Assembly (NCBI GenBank): GCA_029936815.1
Contig: JAPYRX010000007.1
Location: 3,129-67,128 of the forward strand
Direction of reading: 5' to 3'
From: Dehalococcoidia bacterium
GTDB lineage: Bacteria > Chloroflexota > Dehalococcoidia > Lucifugimonadales > GCA-002694895
DNA: 64,000 bases
Position 1 is the first letter of the stretch. Each line of letters begins with the position of its first letter. Both the position numbers and the translations under genes were made by a program. Under the pieces are notes generated by a model. The model had not been told where the DNA came from and made no database searches. It saw only the letters and a program-made list of their open reading frames with translations. This document shows positions 20,701 through 29,626 of this stretch, piece by piece.

Positions 20701-20963
20701 GGAGATAAAACTATTAGTCTGTTTATCATTTTTGACCATTGAATTAACTCAATCCCCTTCAAAAGTTCTGATAAAGATACTGAAACTTTTAACATATCAG
20801 TAGTTACTTCCCAAGATCTTACTCCAGAATCTGTTATAATTTTAATCTCATCATTCCATTCATTAATTTCTTCTTCATTAAAAAGATTTTTCAGTATCAA
20901 AATTGATGCGTTATATTCTGATTGTAAATTTTCAGGATATTTTTCAAAGATATTTTTATTCAT
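17712..20963 (-). CDS. CbbO/NorD-like protein with C-terminal von Willebrand factor A domain
   Basis: 1083 aa. The C-terminal VWA has a DxSxS MIDAS (VFLLDVSAST) followed by LISDGRPQD. Acidic low-complexity inserts are present. Encoded downstream of a CbbQ-type ATPase. Confidence 0.7.
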   Translation of the reverse strand: MNKNIFEKYPENLQSEYNASILILKNLFNEEEINEWNDEIKIITDSGVRSWEVTTDMLKVSVSLSELLKGIELIQWSKMINRLIVLSPVLAASYIKNSSDFLEITRGRHIDSMAILAEKIYDGSWKSGNFASKIFDHSPKFLKVLTFSEFEQIIYLLNDITKQSYDMAVECLDNSYNFLTKFNSKITGIELLTSLKNNSSRDLKNILENSPKHLIKFNENQRLELMNLVLSIIKHGGHSSTSIMDELSLPFNTINNRNYDKILELCKDLSRKQPSVISGFLSKIPEILNKIDIKKIDEWYDQGIELLEINPDAAIAYFKMESLTSENTLNKISSSVEYESIKELLQLYCSALAGTDIEILPSSDLVDKNIGWSSTMNPTTEGKSIFVPEIINRFDEKNTNYKWFKVISSHQVGRLEFGSFKFIFNEPSILFDDMRSKLYEDYLIKHKNADQIHFPLKDKEESNTSTKTDFNKFFDLFENRTLITDIFAIIEDTRVEHCIKSKYMGLSKDFDRVKAQALEKRPNINTLNSHDALVEFLVQISLGKNDSTRVPKKYIDQFKNIYALMKMIFDKPDSTVHDSAEISIRIYKMIFSMQNENMANEDTEELNLEQEQEQDYYEDDNVMQEILQFMMNQDSMDLHSDSEEYQSPAQVDYRGDFKPELVQLLENMRSMDSDNNEFSQENISPEMLKELLDQMENLDVDATERPIDSSTDMIAENILKEISSELSENSNHNPGETDNDSEEFEELQTDDPQSYVYDEWDFRSNDYKPRWCIVKERTMGEGDRQYYDDTLLDYSTLVSHLRRQFEMISPEMLKKERRLEDGEDFDIDDVIEAFVDIKTGVSPSEKLYWRRNKIQRDVACVFLLDVSASTAESIEDSTSNNDWDVPDDPVDYMKWVKSRRKSGIVRTYKRIIDVEKEASVLIMDALENLGDKYGIYCFSGYGRENVEFYTVKDLEESLTDNIKSRIDKISPLHATRMGPAIRHAISKLDKVQARTKLLFLISDGRPQDRGYSREGVEKEYAVHDTKMALTEAKNKDINAFCLTVDKNGHDYLKAMTQDMGYEVLDDVRDLPERLLDLYRNFTM

Positions 20964-20965
20964 AA

Positions 20966-21523
20966 TTATTTATTTAATATATTTAGCAAATTATTTATTA
21001 TTTTTGCAGTTGCACCAAAAATAATATTACCATCATAGTAAAAGGTTCTAAACTTTTTAAGACTTTTTTTAGTAATAATATAGTCATAGCGCCAATTAAT
21101 ATGATTATTTAATTCAGTCAAAGGTACATTTACAATTTTTGCAACTTCAGATGACAAATAGAATTCGGCATTCTTATCAATTATCCCAACATAAGGTTTT
21201 ATCAAAAATAAAGTTGAAGTTAAAACAGAATCCAAGTCTCCAATCAATTCAATATCTTTTCTTAGTACACCTATCTCTTCTTCAGTTTCTCTATAGGCAG
21301 TATCCAATAAATTATCGTCAATTTTTTCTTTGGTTCCACCTGTGAAGCCAATTTCTCCAGGGTGGTATTTCAAATGTTTACTTCTTATTTGTAATAATAG
21401 TGATATTTCATTTTTACTGATTAAGAATAAAACTATTACTGCAGCTATTTTGTGACTAATTTCAGCATTGACAGATTTGCTATTATAACTAGCAATCTTA
21501 GTCTTTATAGGATAAAAATCCAT
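20966..21523 (-). CDS. Nudix hydrolase, CoA pyrophosphatase-like
   Basis: LLLQIRSKHLKYHPGEIGFTGG matches the NUDT7/PCD1-type CoA motif with two substitutions. It is followed by the Nudix box AYRETEEEIGV. Confidence 0.7.
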   Translation of the reverse strand: MDFYPIKTKIASYNSKSVNAEISHKIAAVIVLFLISKNEISLLLQIRSKHLKYHPGEIGFTGGTKEKIDDNLLDTAYRETEEEIGVLRKDIELIGDLDSVLTSTLFLIKPYVGIIDKNAEFYLSSEVAKIVNVPLTELNNHINWRYDYIITKKSLKKFRTFYYDGNIIFGATAKIINNLLNILNK

Positions 21524-21528
21524 TTAGA

Positions 21529-22416
21529 TTATTCTGCGAAAATAGAAGATATTACTTCTTGTATTCCTTGATGTAATATTGGATCATCAGTTATTGCCCA
21601 ATTAACAGAAATCTGGCATGCTCTAATCGGTTTCACTCCCTGTGTGATCATTTTCGCAGCATATATCAATAACCTGGTAGATGCTCCTTCTGGTAACCCA
21701 TGGTCTTTCAAGTTTCTAATTTTCTCACCCAAAGTAGCTAATCTAAATGCCATATCTAAATCCAATTCCGATTCATGAGCAATAATTTCAGCTTCCTTTT
21801 CTACCGAAGGATAATCAAATTCAATCGCAACAAATCTTTGTCTGGTACTATGCTTTAAATCTTTCAATGCACTTTGGTAACCAGGATTATATGAAAGTAC
21901 TAGCAGAAATCCTTCTGCAGCTTCTATTAATTCACCTTTTTTTTCTACAGGTAATATCCTTCTGTGATCGGTTAATGGATGAATTATTACAGTAGTATCT
22001 TTCCTTGCTTCCACCACTTCATCTAAATAACAAATACCTCCTGCTTTAACAGCACGAGTTAAAGGTCCGTCCATCCATACAGTAGAATCGCCTTCTAATA
22101 AATATCGCCCTACGAGATCGCTAGCTGTAAGGTCTTCATGACACGCAATTGTTACCAATGGGATGTTTGGTTTTGATTCATCTGGATTCTTTTCACCTGT
22201 TAATTCCATTTCCTGACCCAATTTGTAAGCCATGTATTCAACAAATCTAGTTTTACCACAGCCAGTAGGCCCCTTGAATAAAATTGGAATTTTCTGCTTG
22301 TAAGCTGCTTCAAATAATTCTATTTCATCTCCAACAGGAACATAATAAGGTTTTTCTTTGGCGAAATATTCTTCGATAATATAACTTTTATATAAAGACT
22401 TGGTTGTATCAGACAT
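21529..22416 (-). CDS. CbbQ/NirQ/NorQ-type MoxR AAA+ ATPase
   Basis: [19 protein letters not shown], Walker A GPTGCGKT and Walker B ICYLDEV. Start placed at the ATG at 22416 (MSDTTK), preceded by AGGAAG. The ORF track starts 8 codons earlier. Confidence 0.85.
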   Translation of the reverse strand: MSDTTKSLYKSYIIEEYFAKEKPYYVPVGDEIELFEAAYKQKIPILFKGPTGCGKTRFVEYMAYKLGQEMELTGEKNPDESKPNIPLVTIACHEDLTASDLVGRYLLEGDSTVWMDGPLTRAVKAGGICYLDEVVEARKDTTVIIHPLTDHRRILPVEKKGELIEAAEGFLLVLSYNPGYQSALKDLKHSTRQRFVAIEFDYPSVEKEAEIIAHESELDLDMAFRLATLGEKIRNLKDHGLPEGASTRLLIYAAKMITQGVKPIRACQISVNWAITDDPILHQGIQEVISSIFAE

Positions 22417-22581
22417 TTTACTTCCTAATGAAATGATCATTTTAACTATTGATATGTCATTATAAATATCTAATCTGTAAATATCTACTAGTGAATTAAT
22501 TATTTAATATACTTAAATAAATTATAGGATTATATTATTTCTGTTAGAATATATTTCTAGCTTTTTTAAACCTACAATATT

Positions 22582-23562
22582 ATGGATAATCTAAAACAAG
22601 AACAAAATAATAATAATAAACCAAAAATATTAGTAGATAATGTAACGAAAGTTTTTGGTTCAAGGATTGCAGTCAATAAAATAAGTTTTTCTATTAACAA
22701 AGGAGAAGTCATAGGTTTTCTTGGTCCCAATGGAGCTGGGAAAAGCACAACTATGAGATTATTAACTTCGTATTATACTCAAAATTCTGGCGATATATTT
22801 ATAGATTCCATTAATACCAAAGACTCCGATATAGAAACTAGAAAAAAAATAGGCTATCTTCCTGAAAGTAATCCTCTTTATGGAGAAATGCTTGTTAAAG
22901 ATTATTTGAAACTAATTGGTGATTTGAGAGATTTAAGTAAATCTGATTACAATAACAATCTTTCTAATGCTATAGATGAAACAGGGATACATGAATATTA
23001 TTATAGCCCTATCAACCAACTTTCCAAGGGTTATAGGCAAAGAGTAGGATTAGCGCAAGCTATTCTACATCAACCTGAAATTCTAATACTAGATGAACCA
23101 ACTGAAGGATTAGATCCAAATCAAAGAGTATCAATGAGGAATTTGATAAAATCATTAGGGGAGCAGCGAACAATAATGCTTTCAACTCATGTATTGCAAG
23201 AAGTAGAAACAACTTGTTCTAGAATTATACTCATTAACAAAGGTAAATTAATTGCAGAAGGAACAATTAATGATATTCTGCACACTCAAAATAAAAACCA
23301 AAATATAGAACTTGAAATCATAGGCGATAATATTCAATCAAAATTAAATTCTATAGATGGAATTAAAGACATTAAAATTATAGAAAATAATGAATCTAAA
23401 AAACTGAATATATTTCTAGAAGATGGATTTGACCCTAGAAGAGATATATTTGAAAAAGCAGTAAAAGAAAATTGGATCATATTAAATATGAATAAAACAT
23501 CTCCAAAACTTGAAGATGTATTTAAATTTTTGACAATTGGAGAAGGCAACTCAGAATTATGA
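22582..23562 (+). CDS. ABC transporter ATP-binding protein (GldA-like), paralogue of 13208..14146
   Basis: Walker A GPNGAGKST, signature LSKGYRQR, Walker B LILDEPT. Confidence 0.9.
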   Translation: MDNLKQEQNNNNKPKILVDNVTKVFGSRIAVNKISFSINKGEVIGFLGPNGAGKSTTMRLLTSYYTQNSGDIFIDSINTKDSDIETRKKIGYLPESNPLYGEMLVKDYLKLIGDLRDLSKSDYNNNLSNAIDETGIHEYYYSPINQLSKGYRQRVGLAQAILHQPEILILDEPTEGLDPNQRVSMRNLIKSLGEQRTIMLSTHVLQEVETTCSRIILINKGKLIAEGTINDILHTQNKNQNIELEIIGDNIQSKLNSIDGIKDIKIIENNESKKLNIFLEDGFDPRRDIFEKAVKENWIILNMNKTSPKLEDVFKFLTIGEGNSEL

Positions 23563-25799
23563 AACAACTGTTAACAATATTAAAAAAAGATCTAAGGTCA
23601 TATTTTGATCAACCTACTGGTTATATATTAAATATAATTTTTGTAGTAGCTATCGCATTTCTTTATTTCAGAACAATAGATACTACTAACGAAGCCTCAC
23701 TAAGACCAATGTTTTCTCTCTTGCCTTGGATTTTATCTATTTATATACCTGCAGTTTCTATGCGTCTTTTTTCTGAAGAACAAAGAGATGGAACTCTTGA
23801 AATTTTATTCACACAACCTGTTAGAGGAACAACAGTAATATTAGCAAAATTTTTTGCAGGACTTTTATTCATAACAATTGGCATATTAGGAACTTTGCTA
23901 ATCCCAATATCCCTTAGTTTTGCAGGCAATTTAGATTACGGAGCCCTCTTTGCTCAATATATTGGAGCTATCCTATTAGCATCTTCTTTGGTAAGCATTG
24001 GATTATTTTCTTCCAGCCTAACCAAAAACCAAATAGTTGCATTTATTATTTCTTTAACTATAAGTATGCTTCTTTTAGTCTTAGGTTTGGATTTTATAAA
24101 TATTACATTACCCTCATCTTTATCAATTTTACTTCAAGATTTAAGTCCTCTAACTCATTTTTCTTCTATTACAAGAGGATTGATTGACCTAAGAGATTTA
24201 CTTTATTTCATATCTATTGATATTGCTTTTTTGAGTTTGACATACCTTAATACAAAAGGTAAAAGCCTAAATAGTGACTCTCCTCAATACAGAAATCTAA
24301 GAGTTGGCGTTGGAAGCCTTGTTATTTTAAGCTTACTTTTTGCTTGGTTTGGAAGTTCAATCCAAGGAAGAATAGATCTCACAGAAGACAAAGTGTATTC
24401 TTTAGCTCCTTCAACTAAAAATATATTTGACAACCTCGATGATTACGTAACAATAACTTTATATGAATCAAAAGATCCCCCAATTAATACAGCATTAACA
24501 GCAAGGGATGTAAACGATTTTCTTTCCGATCTCGATGCCAGATCTGAATATATAAAAGTAAAACATAGATATCCGGATGTAGATGAAAAAGACAAAGAAG
24601 AATCTGAATTTGCTGGAATCCCCCCGGTTCAATTTAACATTCAGAGGCAAGGAGAATTTCAGGTTAAAACTGGTTATTTGGGCATGACAATCGCATATGC
24701 TAATAACAAAGAAGTTGTGCCATATATTGAATCTTTAGATGGACTGGAGTATAAGATATCTTCTTTAACTTTTAAGATGTTAAATAACACAAAAAAAACA
24801 ATAGCTTTTATTGATATTCCATCTTCTAAAACAAATGCAAGTATGGGGTCGTTCATTTCATTATTGTCACAACAATATGACATATCTGTTATTAATATTA
24901 ATGAAATGAATAATATTAAAGATACACCTGATGTTTTTATTATGGCAGGTGGAAATTATGAAAATGTAAACATGGATTCAATTTTTACGGAGAATAAAAT
25001 ACATGATTTAATCCTTCAGGGAGTAAGTTTTTTTGTTCTTGTAGATACTGTTAATATTGATAAAAATAGAATGAGTGCTTATCACAATGAATTTAGCGGG
25101 GCACGCATATGGGAAAAATTTGGCATCATAATAAAAAATAACATGTTATATGACCTTGTATCATATGAAACATTGCCATTTGGCACGCAATCTGGTGAAG
25201 TATTATTACCCTACCCTTATTGGATCAGGACTCCTCCTAATGATTCAAAAGTGACTGGTAAAGTGAATTCTACTCTGTTTCCTTGGGTAAGCTCAATAGA
25301 ACTAATAAAACCATTAATTAATAATATTAAAACTGATCCGATAATCATTACATCACCAACCACTTCTATACAATATGACTATCAAGATTTGAGCCCGAAT
25401 GCAAAATTTAATCCTAACAGTGATAATACAGGATCTCAGGTATTAGGAGTTAAAATTGAAAGCAATGAAATCAATCCTGAAGTAACTATAAGATCAATAA
25501 TTGTTTCTGATTCTGAATGGTTAACTGATAATATTGCTGGAAGAAATCAGTCTAATTACGCACTTGGTATGAATATGGTCGATTGGTTAGCTCAAGAAAA
25601 TCAATTAGCAGATATCAGATCAAAAGTAATAAGAGAAAGAACATTAGACTGGTCATCAAAAGGCTCGTTTTTCAGTCATCAATCTTTAACAAAAAATTTA
25701 AATTATGTAACTACTCCAATCATTTTGATAATATTTGGATTTGCAAGATATACAAATAGAAAATCTATTCAAAATAAAGTATTTAAAAATGAAAAATAA
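23559..25799 (+). CDS. Fused ABC-2 permease / GldG-like auxiliary protein
   Basis: 746 aa. The N-terminal ~235 aa align by eye with the permease 14168..14893 (FSEEQRDGTLEILFTQPV). The remainder is a GldG-like exported domain with a C-terminal TM. ATGA overlap with the ATPase gene. Confidence 0.7.
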   Translation: MKQLLTILKKDLRSYFDQPTGYILNIIFVVAIAFLYFRTIDTTNEASLRPMFSLLPWILSIYIPAVSMRLFSEEQRDGTLEILFTQPVRGTTVILAKFFAGLLFITIGILGTLLIPISLSFAGNLDYGALFAQYIGAILLASSLVSIGLFSSSLTKNQIVAFIISLTISMLLLVLGLDFINITLPSSLSILLQDLSPLTHFSSITRGLIDLRDLLYFISIDIAFLSLTYLNTKGKSLNSDSPQYRNLRVGVGSLVILSLLFAWFGSSIQGRIDLTEDKVYSLAPSTKNIFDNLDDYVTITLYESKDPPINTALTARDVNDFLSDLDARSEYIKVKHRYPDVDEKDKEESEFAGIPPVQFNIQRQGEFQVKTGYLGMTIAYANNKEVVPYIESLDGLEYKISSLTFKMLNNTKKTIAFIDIPSSKTNASMGSFISLLSQQYDISVININEMNNIKDTPDVFIMAGGNYENVNMDSIFTENKIHDLILQGVSFFVLVDTVNIDKNRMSAYHNEFSGARIWEKFGIIIKNNMLYDLVSYETLPFGTQSGEVLLPYPYWIRTPPNDSKVTGKVNSTLFPWVSSIELIKPLINNIKTDPIIITSPTTSIQYDYQDLSPNAKFNPNSDNTGSQVLGVKIESNEINPEVTIRSIIVSDSEWLTDNIAGRNQSNYALGMNMVDWLAQENQLADIRSKVIRERTLDWSSKGSFFSHQSLTKNLNYVTTPIILIIFGFARYTNRKSIQNKVFKNEK

Positions 25800-26712
25800 A
25801 CCAACATTAATATTATTTTCAATATTTATATTCATCAGTATATTTTTTGCTGGGATTAAAATTTTACTATCTAATACTAATCAAATATATGATGAAACTG
25901 GAATAATTTTTATAGACCCGACTATTATAAATAGCGTTCAGATTAGCAATGAACAAAACACATCAAGTTTATATAAAAGAAATGACTCTTGGAGAATTGG
26001 TAAACAAACTGTATTTGAACCTAAATTATCGCTTTTTTGGAAAGCTATAGCCAATATACAAAAATCAGAATTAATGTCTATAAATCCTAAAAATTTCGAA
26101 AGAATGGGATTTGATGATTCAAATAAAATTTTAGTAAGATTTTTTATCGAGTCAACTTTGCAAGAAGAATTTCTAGTTGGTAAATGGGATCAAGACACTA
26201 AAACATGTTTTGTTAAAAAAATTAATATTGATGAAATTTACGGGTTCACTTGTCCTTATGAAAATATATTTGCCACAGATCCTAATCTGTGGAGAAATCC
26301 AATAATATTAAATTTTCCACCTCAGAATATTCAATCAATAACATTTTCGTATCCGGACAAAGAATTTGAAATCAACCTTTCTGATCAAGGATGGATTCTA
26401 AATGAAAATCCTGATCTCATATTAGACTCTAACAAAGTAGGACAGTATGCTAATCAAACTCAATTGCTTCTTGCTGATGGATTTTTGACAGACGAAGAGT
26501 CAAAAGAAGTTGATTTCAATCAATCTGATGCTTTATTCACTTTTATTCCAAAACCTAAAACATCATCTACAATTACTAGAATCAGATTAAAACAAATAGA
26601 TTCAAATAGAGTAGCAATTAAAAACGGGAACTCTCCGATTATATATTATCTAAATATTGGTAATGCAATGGAGTTATTAGTAAATGAAGAAAAATTTTTA
26701 CCAAGTGATTAA
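25789..26712 (+). CDS. DUF4340-like membrane-anchored protein
   Basis: Start placed at the ATG at 25789 (MKNKPTLILFSIFIF, TM anchor), an 11-nt overlap with the upstream gene. Same operon position as 16628..17710. Confidence 0.5.
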   Translation: MKNKPTLILFSIFIFISIFFAGIKILLSNTNQIYDETGIIFIDPTIINSVQISNEQNTSSLYKRNDSWRIGKQTVFEPKLSLFWKAIANIQKSELMSINPKNFERMGFDDSNKILVRFFIESTLQEEFLVGKWDQDTKTCFVKKINIDEIYGFTCPYENIFATDPNLWRNPIILNFPPQNIQSITFSYPDKEFEINLSDQGWILNENPDLILDSNKVGQYANQTQLLLADGFLTDEESKEVDFNQSDALFTFIPKPKTSSTITRIRLKQIDSNRVAIKNGNSPIIYYLNIGNAMELLVNEEKFLPSD

Positions 26713-27623
26713 GATAAATATTTTAACTTCCGTAACCCTTTATATTTAATTTCTCCTAATCCAATATTTTTCATATTAGTTTTACTCACTTCACCCAAGT
26801 ATAAATTTTGATTATCATCTATTGCAATTGAATGGGGGGCATACAATTGATTTGATTGACCACCAAATCCTTCTCCCCATCTAAATAACAATTTTTTTTC
26901 CAAATTATAAATACTTATTCTAGGTCCTATATTAGGGACGTCTTGATTCACAGACATTCCGTATCCTAGCTCTCCTACATATAATTTATTATCAGAAATC
27001 CCTAAAGCACAAGGTCTATGCATATTAACTATTTGATCTATATATACCCCATTTCTATCGAAAATCTGAACTCTATGATTTTCTCTGTCCGCCACATATA
27101 ATAGCCCATTCGAATCCATTACAATATTATGAACAATATTAAATTGAGATTCATCTGTCCCAGGTGATCCCCAAGATTTAATCAATTTCCCCTTCATAGA
27201 ATATTTATGAATACTAGAATTACCATACCCATCAGATATATATACTGATTCTGATTCGTAATCTACTGCTATGTCTGTGCATCGGTTAAATGGCAAACCA
27301 GAATGCTGAATCGACGGAGAATTAGGAATGCCAATTGTCATTATTTTTTCTCCATCTGAATTATATTTTTTTACTGTGTGATCTCCATCATCCACAAACC
27401 AATAATAATTTTCAGAATCAATCCTAATTGAATGCGGCCTAAGAAACTCTCCCTTACCAAAGCTATTTATATATTCCCCGCTTGAGTTTAAAACTACAAC
27501 TGATGTTTTACCTCGAGCAAAAACAATTATATTATTATCTTTATCAACAGCAGTTCCTGCAACTTCGCCCCAATCTATACCTGGTGGAACGCTGTGCCAA
27601 TTCATGTTGGATTCATAATTCAA
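26709..27623 (-). CDS. NHL-repeat beta-propeller protein (peptidyl-alpha-hydroxyglycine lyase-like)
   Basis: 304 aa with repeated NHL-type blades (LYVADRENHRVQIFDRNG, VYISDGYGNSSIHKY). Confidence 0.65.
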   Translation of the reverse strand: MNYESNMNWHSVPPGIDWGEVAGTAVDKDNNIIVFARGKTSVVVLNSSGEYINSFGKGEFLRPHSIRIDSENYYWFVDDGDHTVKKYNSDGEKIMTIGIPNSPSIQHSGLPFNRCTDIAVDYESESVYISDGYGNSSIHKYSMKGKLIKSWGSPGTDESQFNIVHNIVMDSNGLLYVADRENHRVQIFDRNGVYIDQIVNMHRPCALGISDNKLYVGELGYGMSVNQDVPNIGPRISIYNLEKKLLFRWGEGFGGQSNQLYAPHSIAIDDNQNLYLGEVSKTNMKNIGLGEIKYKGLRKLKYLS

Positions 27624-27716
27624 AATTAAAACCTATAATTTATTTATATTTATAACATTTATCTAATAATAGTATTATAATAATATTACAAATTCCAACA
27701 TATCAAGGAGAATAAA

Positions 27717-28172
27717 ATGGGAAAAATAGATGACAAACTAGCTTCAATGGGAATAACTCTTCCAGTTGAACAAGCACCGATAGCTAATTATGTTCCTGGT
27801 GTACGAACCGGTAACTTATTATATTTATCAGGATTAGGGCCAAGTGATCCTAATATGAAAGGCAAAGTTGGCCAAGACTTAACAGCTGAAGAAGGATACG
27901 AAGCAGCTAAAAGTACAGGAATAGGTGTGATTGCTAGACTTAAAGGTCAAGTTGGCGATCTAGATAAAGTTAAAAGAATCGTCAAATTGCTTACAATGGT
28001 AAATTGCACTACTGACTTTGTAGACCAACCTGCAGTTGCTAACGGCTGTTCAGATTTAATGGTCGAAGTGTTTGGAGACAAAGGGAAACATGCAAGATCA
28101 GCAGTTGGAATGGGATCTCTACCAGGAAACATTCCTGTAGAAATTGAAATAATTGTAGAAATTGAAGACTGA
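27717..28172 (+). CDS. RidA/YjgF family protein
   Basis: 151 aa. YjgF/UK114-like sequence (GNLLYLSGLGP ... ARSAVGMGSLPGNIPVEIE). Confidence 0.8.
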   Translation: MGKIDDKLASMGITLPVEQAPIANYVPGVRTGNLLYLSGLGPSDPNMKGKVGQDLTAEEGYEAAKSTGIGVIARLKGQVGDLDKVKRIVKLLTMVNCTTDFVDQPAVANGCSDLMVEVFGDKGKHARSAVGMGSLPGNIPVEIEIIVEIED

Positions 28173-28192
28173 AAAATATTAATAAAATAAAA

Positions 28193-28244
28193 ATAGTACA
28201 ACATATTAATACAGAATAATTTTATTGTTAATATGTTGTACTAT
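28193..28244 (+). terminator. Hairpin terminator candidate downstream of the RidA gene
   Basis: Perfect 17-bp inverted repeat ATAGTACAACATATTAA / TTAATATGTTGTACTAT with an 18-nt loop, followed by a T-rich stretch. Confidence 0.55.
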
Positions 28245-28276
28245 ATTATTTGATGAAATCATAATAGGAGAAATCA

Positions 28277-28606
28277 ATGTTTTTAGTAAGAAGAGTATGT
28301 AAAGTGAGTAATAGAGCAAACGTTCCGAAAACTGCTGATTTGTTAACCAAAATATGCAAGGCATATGAAGAAGAACAAGGTAGAGATAAAGCTACAATAT
28401 ATATTGGAGGAAAAGCCACTCCTGGAAAAGAAATAGTGGTTTGTGCTGAATGGACACAAGAATCTCTAGGAGAATTAAAAGTACCAACGGGTGTACCAAG
28501 TTCAGTAATGGAAAATTCCCCTAAACTTGTAGCACTTATTGATTCATATGAAATTGAATTCTACGAAGTAGCTACGCAAGAAAAAATAGATTCTTGGATT
28601 TCTTAA
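28277..28606 (+). CDS. Hypothetical protein
   Basis: 109-aa ORF with AGGAG upstream. No recognised motif. Confidence 0.4.
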   Translation: MFLVRRVCKVSNRANVPKTADLLTKICKAYEEEQGRDKATIYIGGKATPGKEIVVCAEWTQESLGELKVPTGVPSSVMENSPKLVALIDSYEIEFYEVATQEKIDSWIS

Positions 28607-28634
28607 CCCTAACATAAGAATTACAAACCAAATA

Positions 28635-29552
28635 TTATTTTACAAGCAATAGCAAATTTTTTGGGTTTTCAGCAATTCTTCTTATATACCATGGGAACCA
28701 TTCTTCCCCATAGCTAATTAGGATTTTAATATTTTGACTTTCCTTAACCAATTTGTTTTGTAGATTTCTTCTGATTCCATACAGCATACTAATTTCATAT
28801 AAAGAACAATCTATATGTTGGTTACTTGCTTCAGTATTGATAAAGTTAATAATATCATCATCATGTGTTGCAAAAGAAGGTTTGAATCCGTTTCCCAAAT
28901 ATTCCTTTGATAACATTATTTTACTAAGCTTTAAATAGTTTTCATCAATATCGTTCTTGATTTTCATTGAAACATCACTAGATTCTATATACGCCCCTTT
29001 AACTAATCTTATATAAGTAGCCTGAGGTAATAAATCTATCAAATCTTTCTCTGTCCGAAATAGATAAGCTTGTAATGTGATTCCTATATTATTATTCATT
29101 TTTTTCAAATCATTATAAACTTGAAGTGTTTTATCTAAATAACAATACTCTTCCATATCAACCCAAATAAATGCATTGTTATCATTTGCAACTTTTAGTA
29201 ATTTTTGCATATTTTCAATACATAAATTAATATCTATATCTAAGCCTAGTTGAGTTAATTTTACAGATATTAAAGTTCCAAGAGATTTAGTCTTTATATC
29301 ATTTAATGCATTTATGTAATGGTGAACAATTTTATATGTTTGTTCCCGCTCAGTAGTGTTTTCACCAAGATAAGTGATAATAGTTCCATAGTTCAAATTC
29401 TCTAATTTTACACATTCATTTAATGCTTCTACTAAAGTTTCGCCAGGCATAAATCTTGACAATGAATTTTTAACAAATTTATATTTTGGTAATTTATTAG
29501 AAATCCAATCATTTTTAGATGTCCATAAGAGTATATTTTTAAGTAAGCCCAT
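28635..29552 (-). CDS. Proline dehydrogenase (monofunctional PutA-type PRODH domain)
   Basis: 305 aa. LVKGAY, FATHD, MLYGIRR and WFPWYIRRIAENP motifs. Confidence 0.85.
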   Translation of the reverse strand: MGLLKNILLWTSKNDWISNKLPKYKFVKNSLSRFMPGETLVEALNECVKLENLNYGTIITYLGENTTEREQTYKIVHHYINALNDIKTKSLGTLISVKLTQLGLDIDINLCIENMQKLLKVANDNNAFIWVDMEEYCYLDKTLQVYNDLKKMNNNIGITLQAYLFRTEKDLIDLLPQATYIRLVKGAYIESSDVSMKIKNDIDENYLKLSKIMLSKEYLGNGFKPSFATHDDDIINFINTEASNQHIDCSLYEISMLYGIRRNLQNKLVKESQNIKILISYGEEWFPWYIRRIAENPKNLLLLVK

Positions 29553-29626
29553 TTTAGTATTGCGAAAAATAAATTATACTAAAATAATATCATAGAAATT
29601 AATTAATTTTTTAAAATAAAACAATC

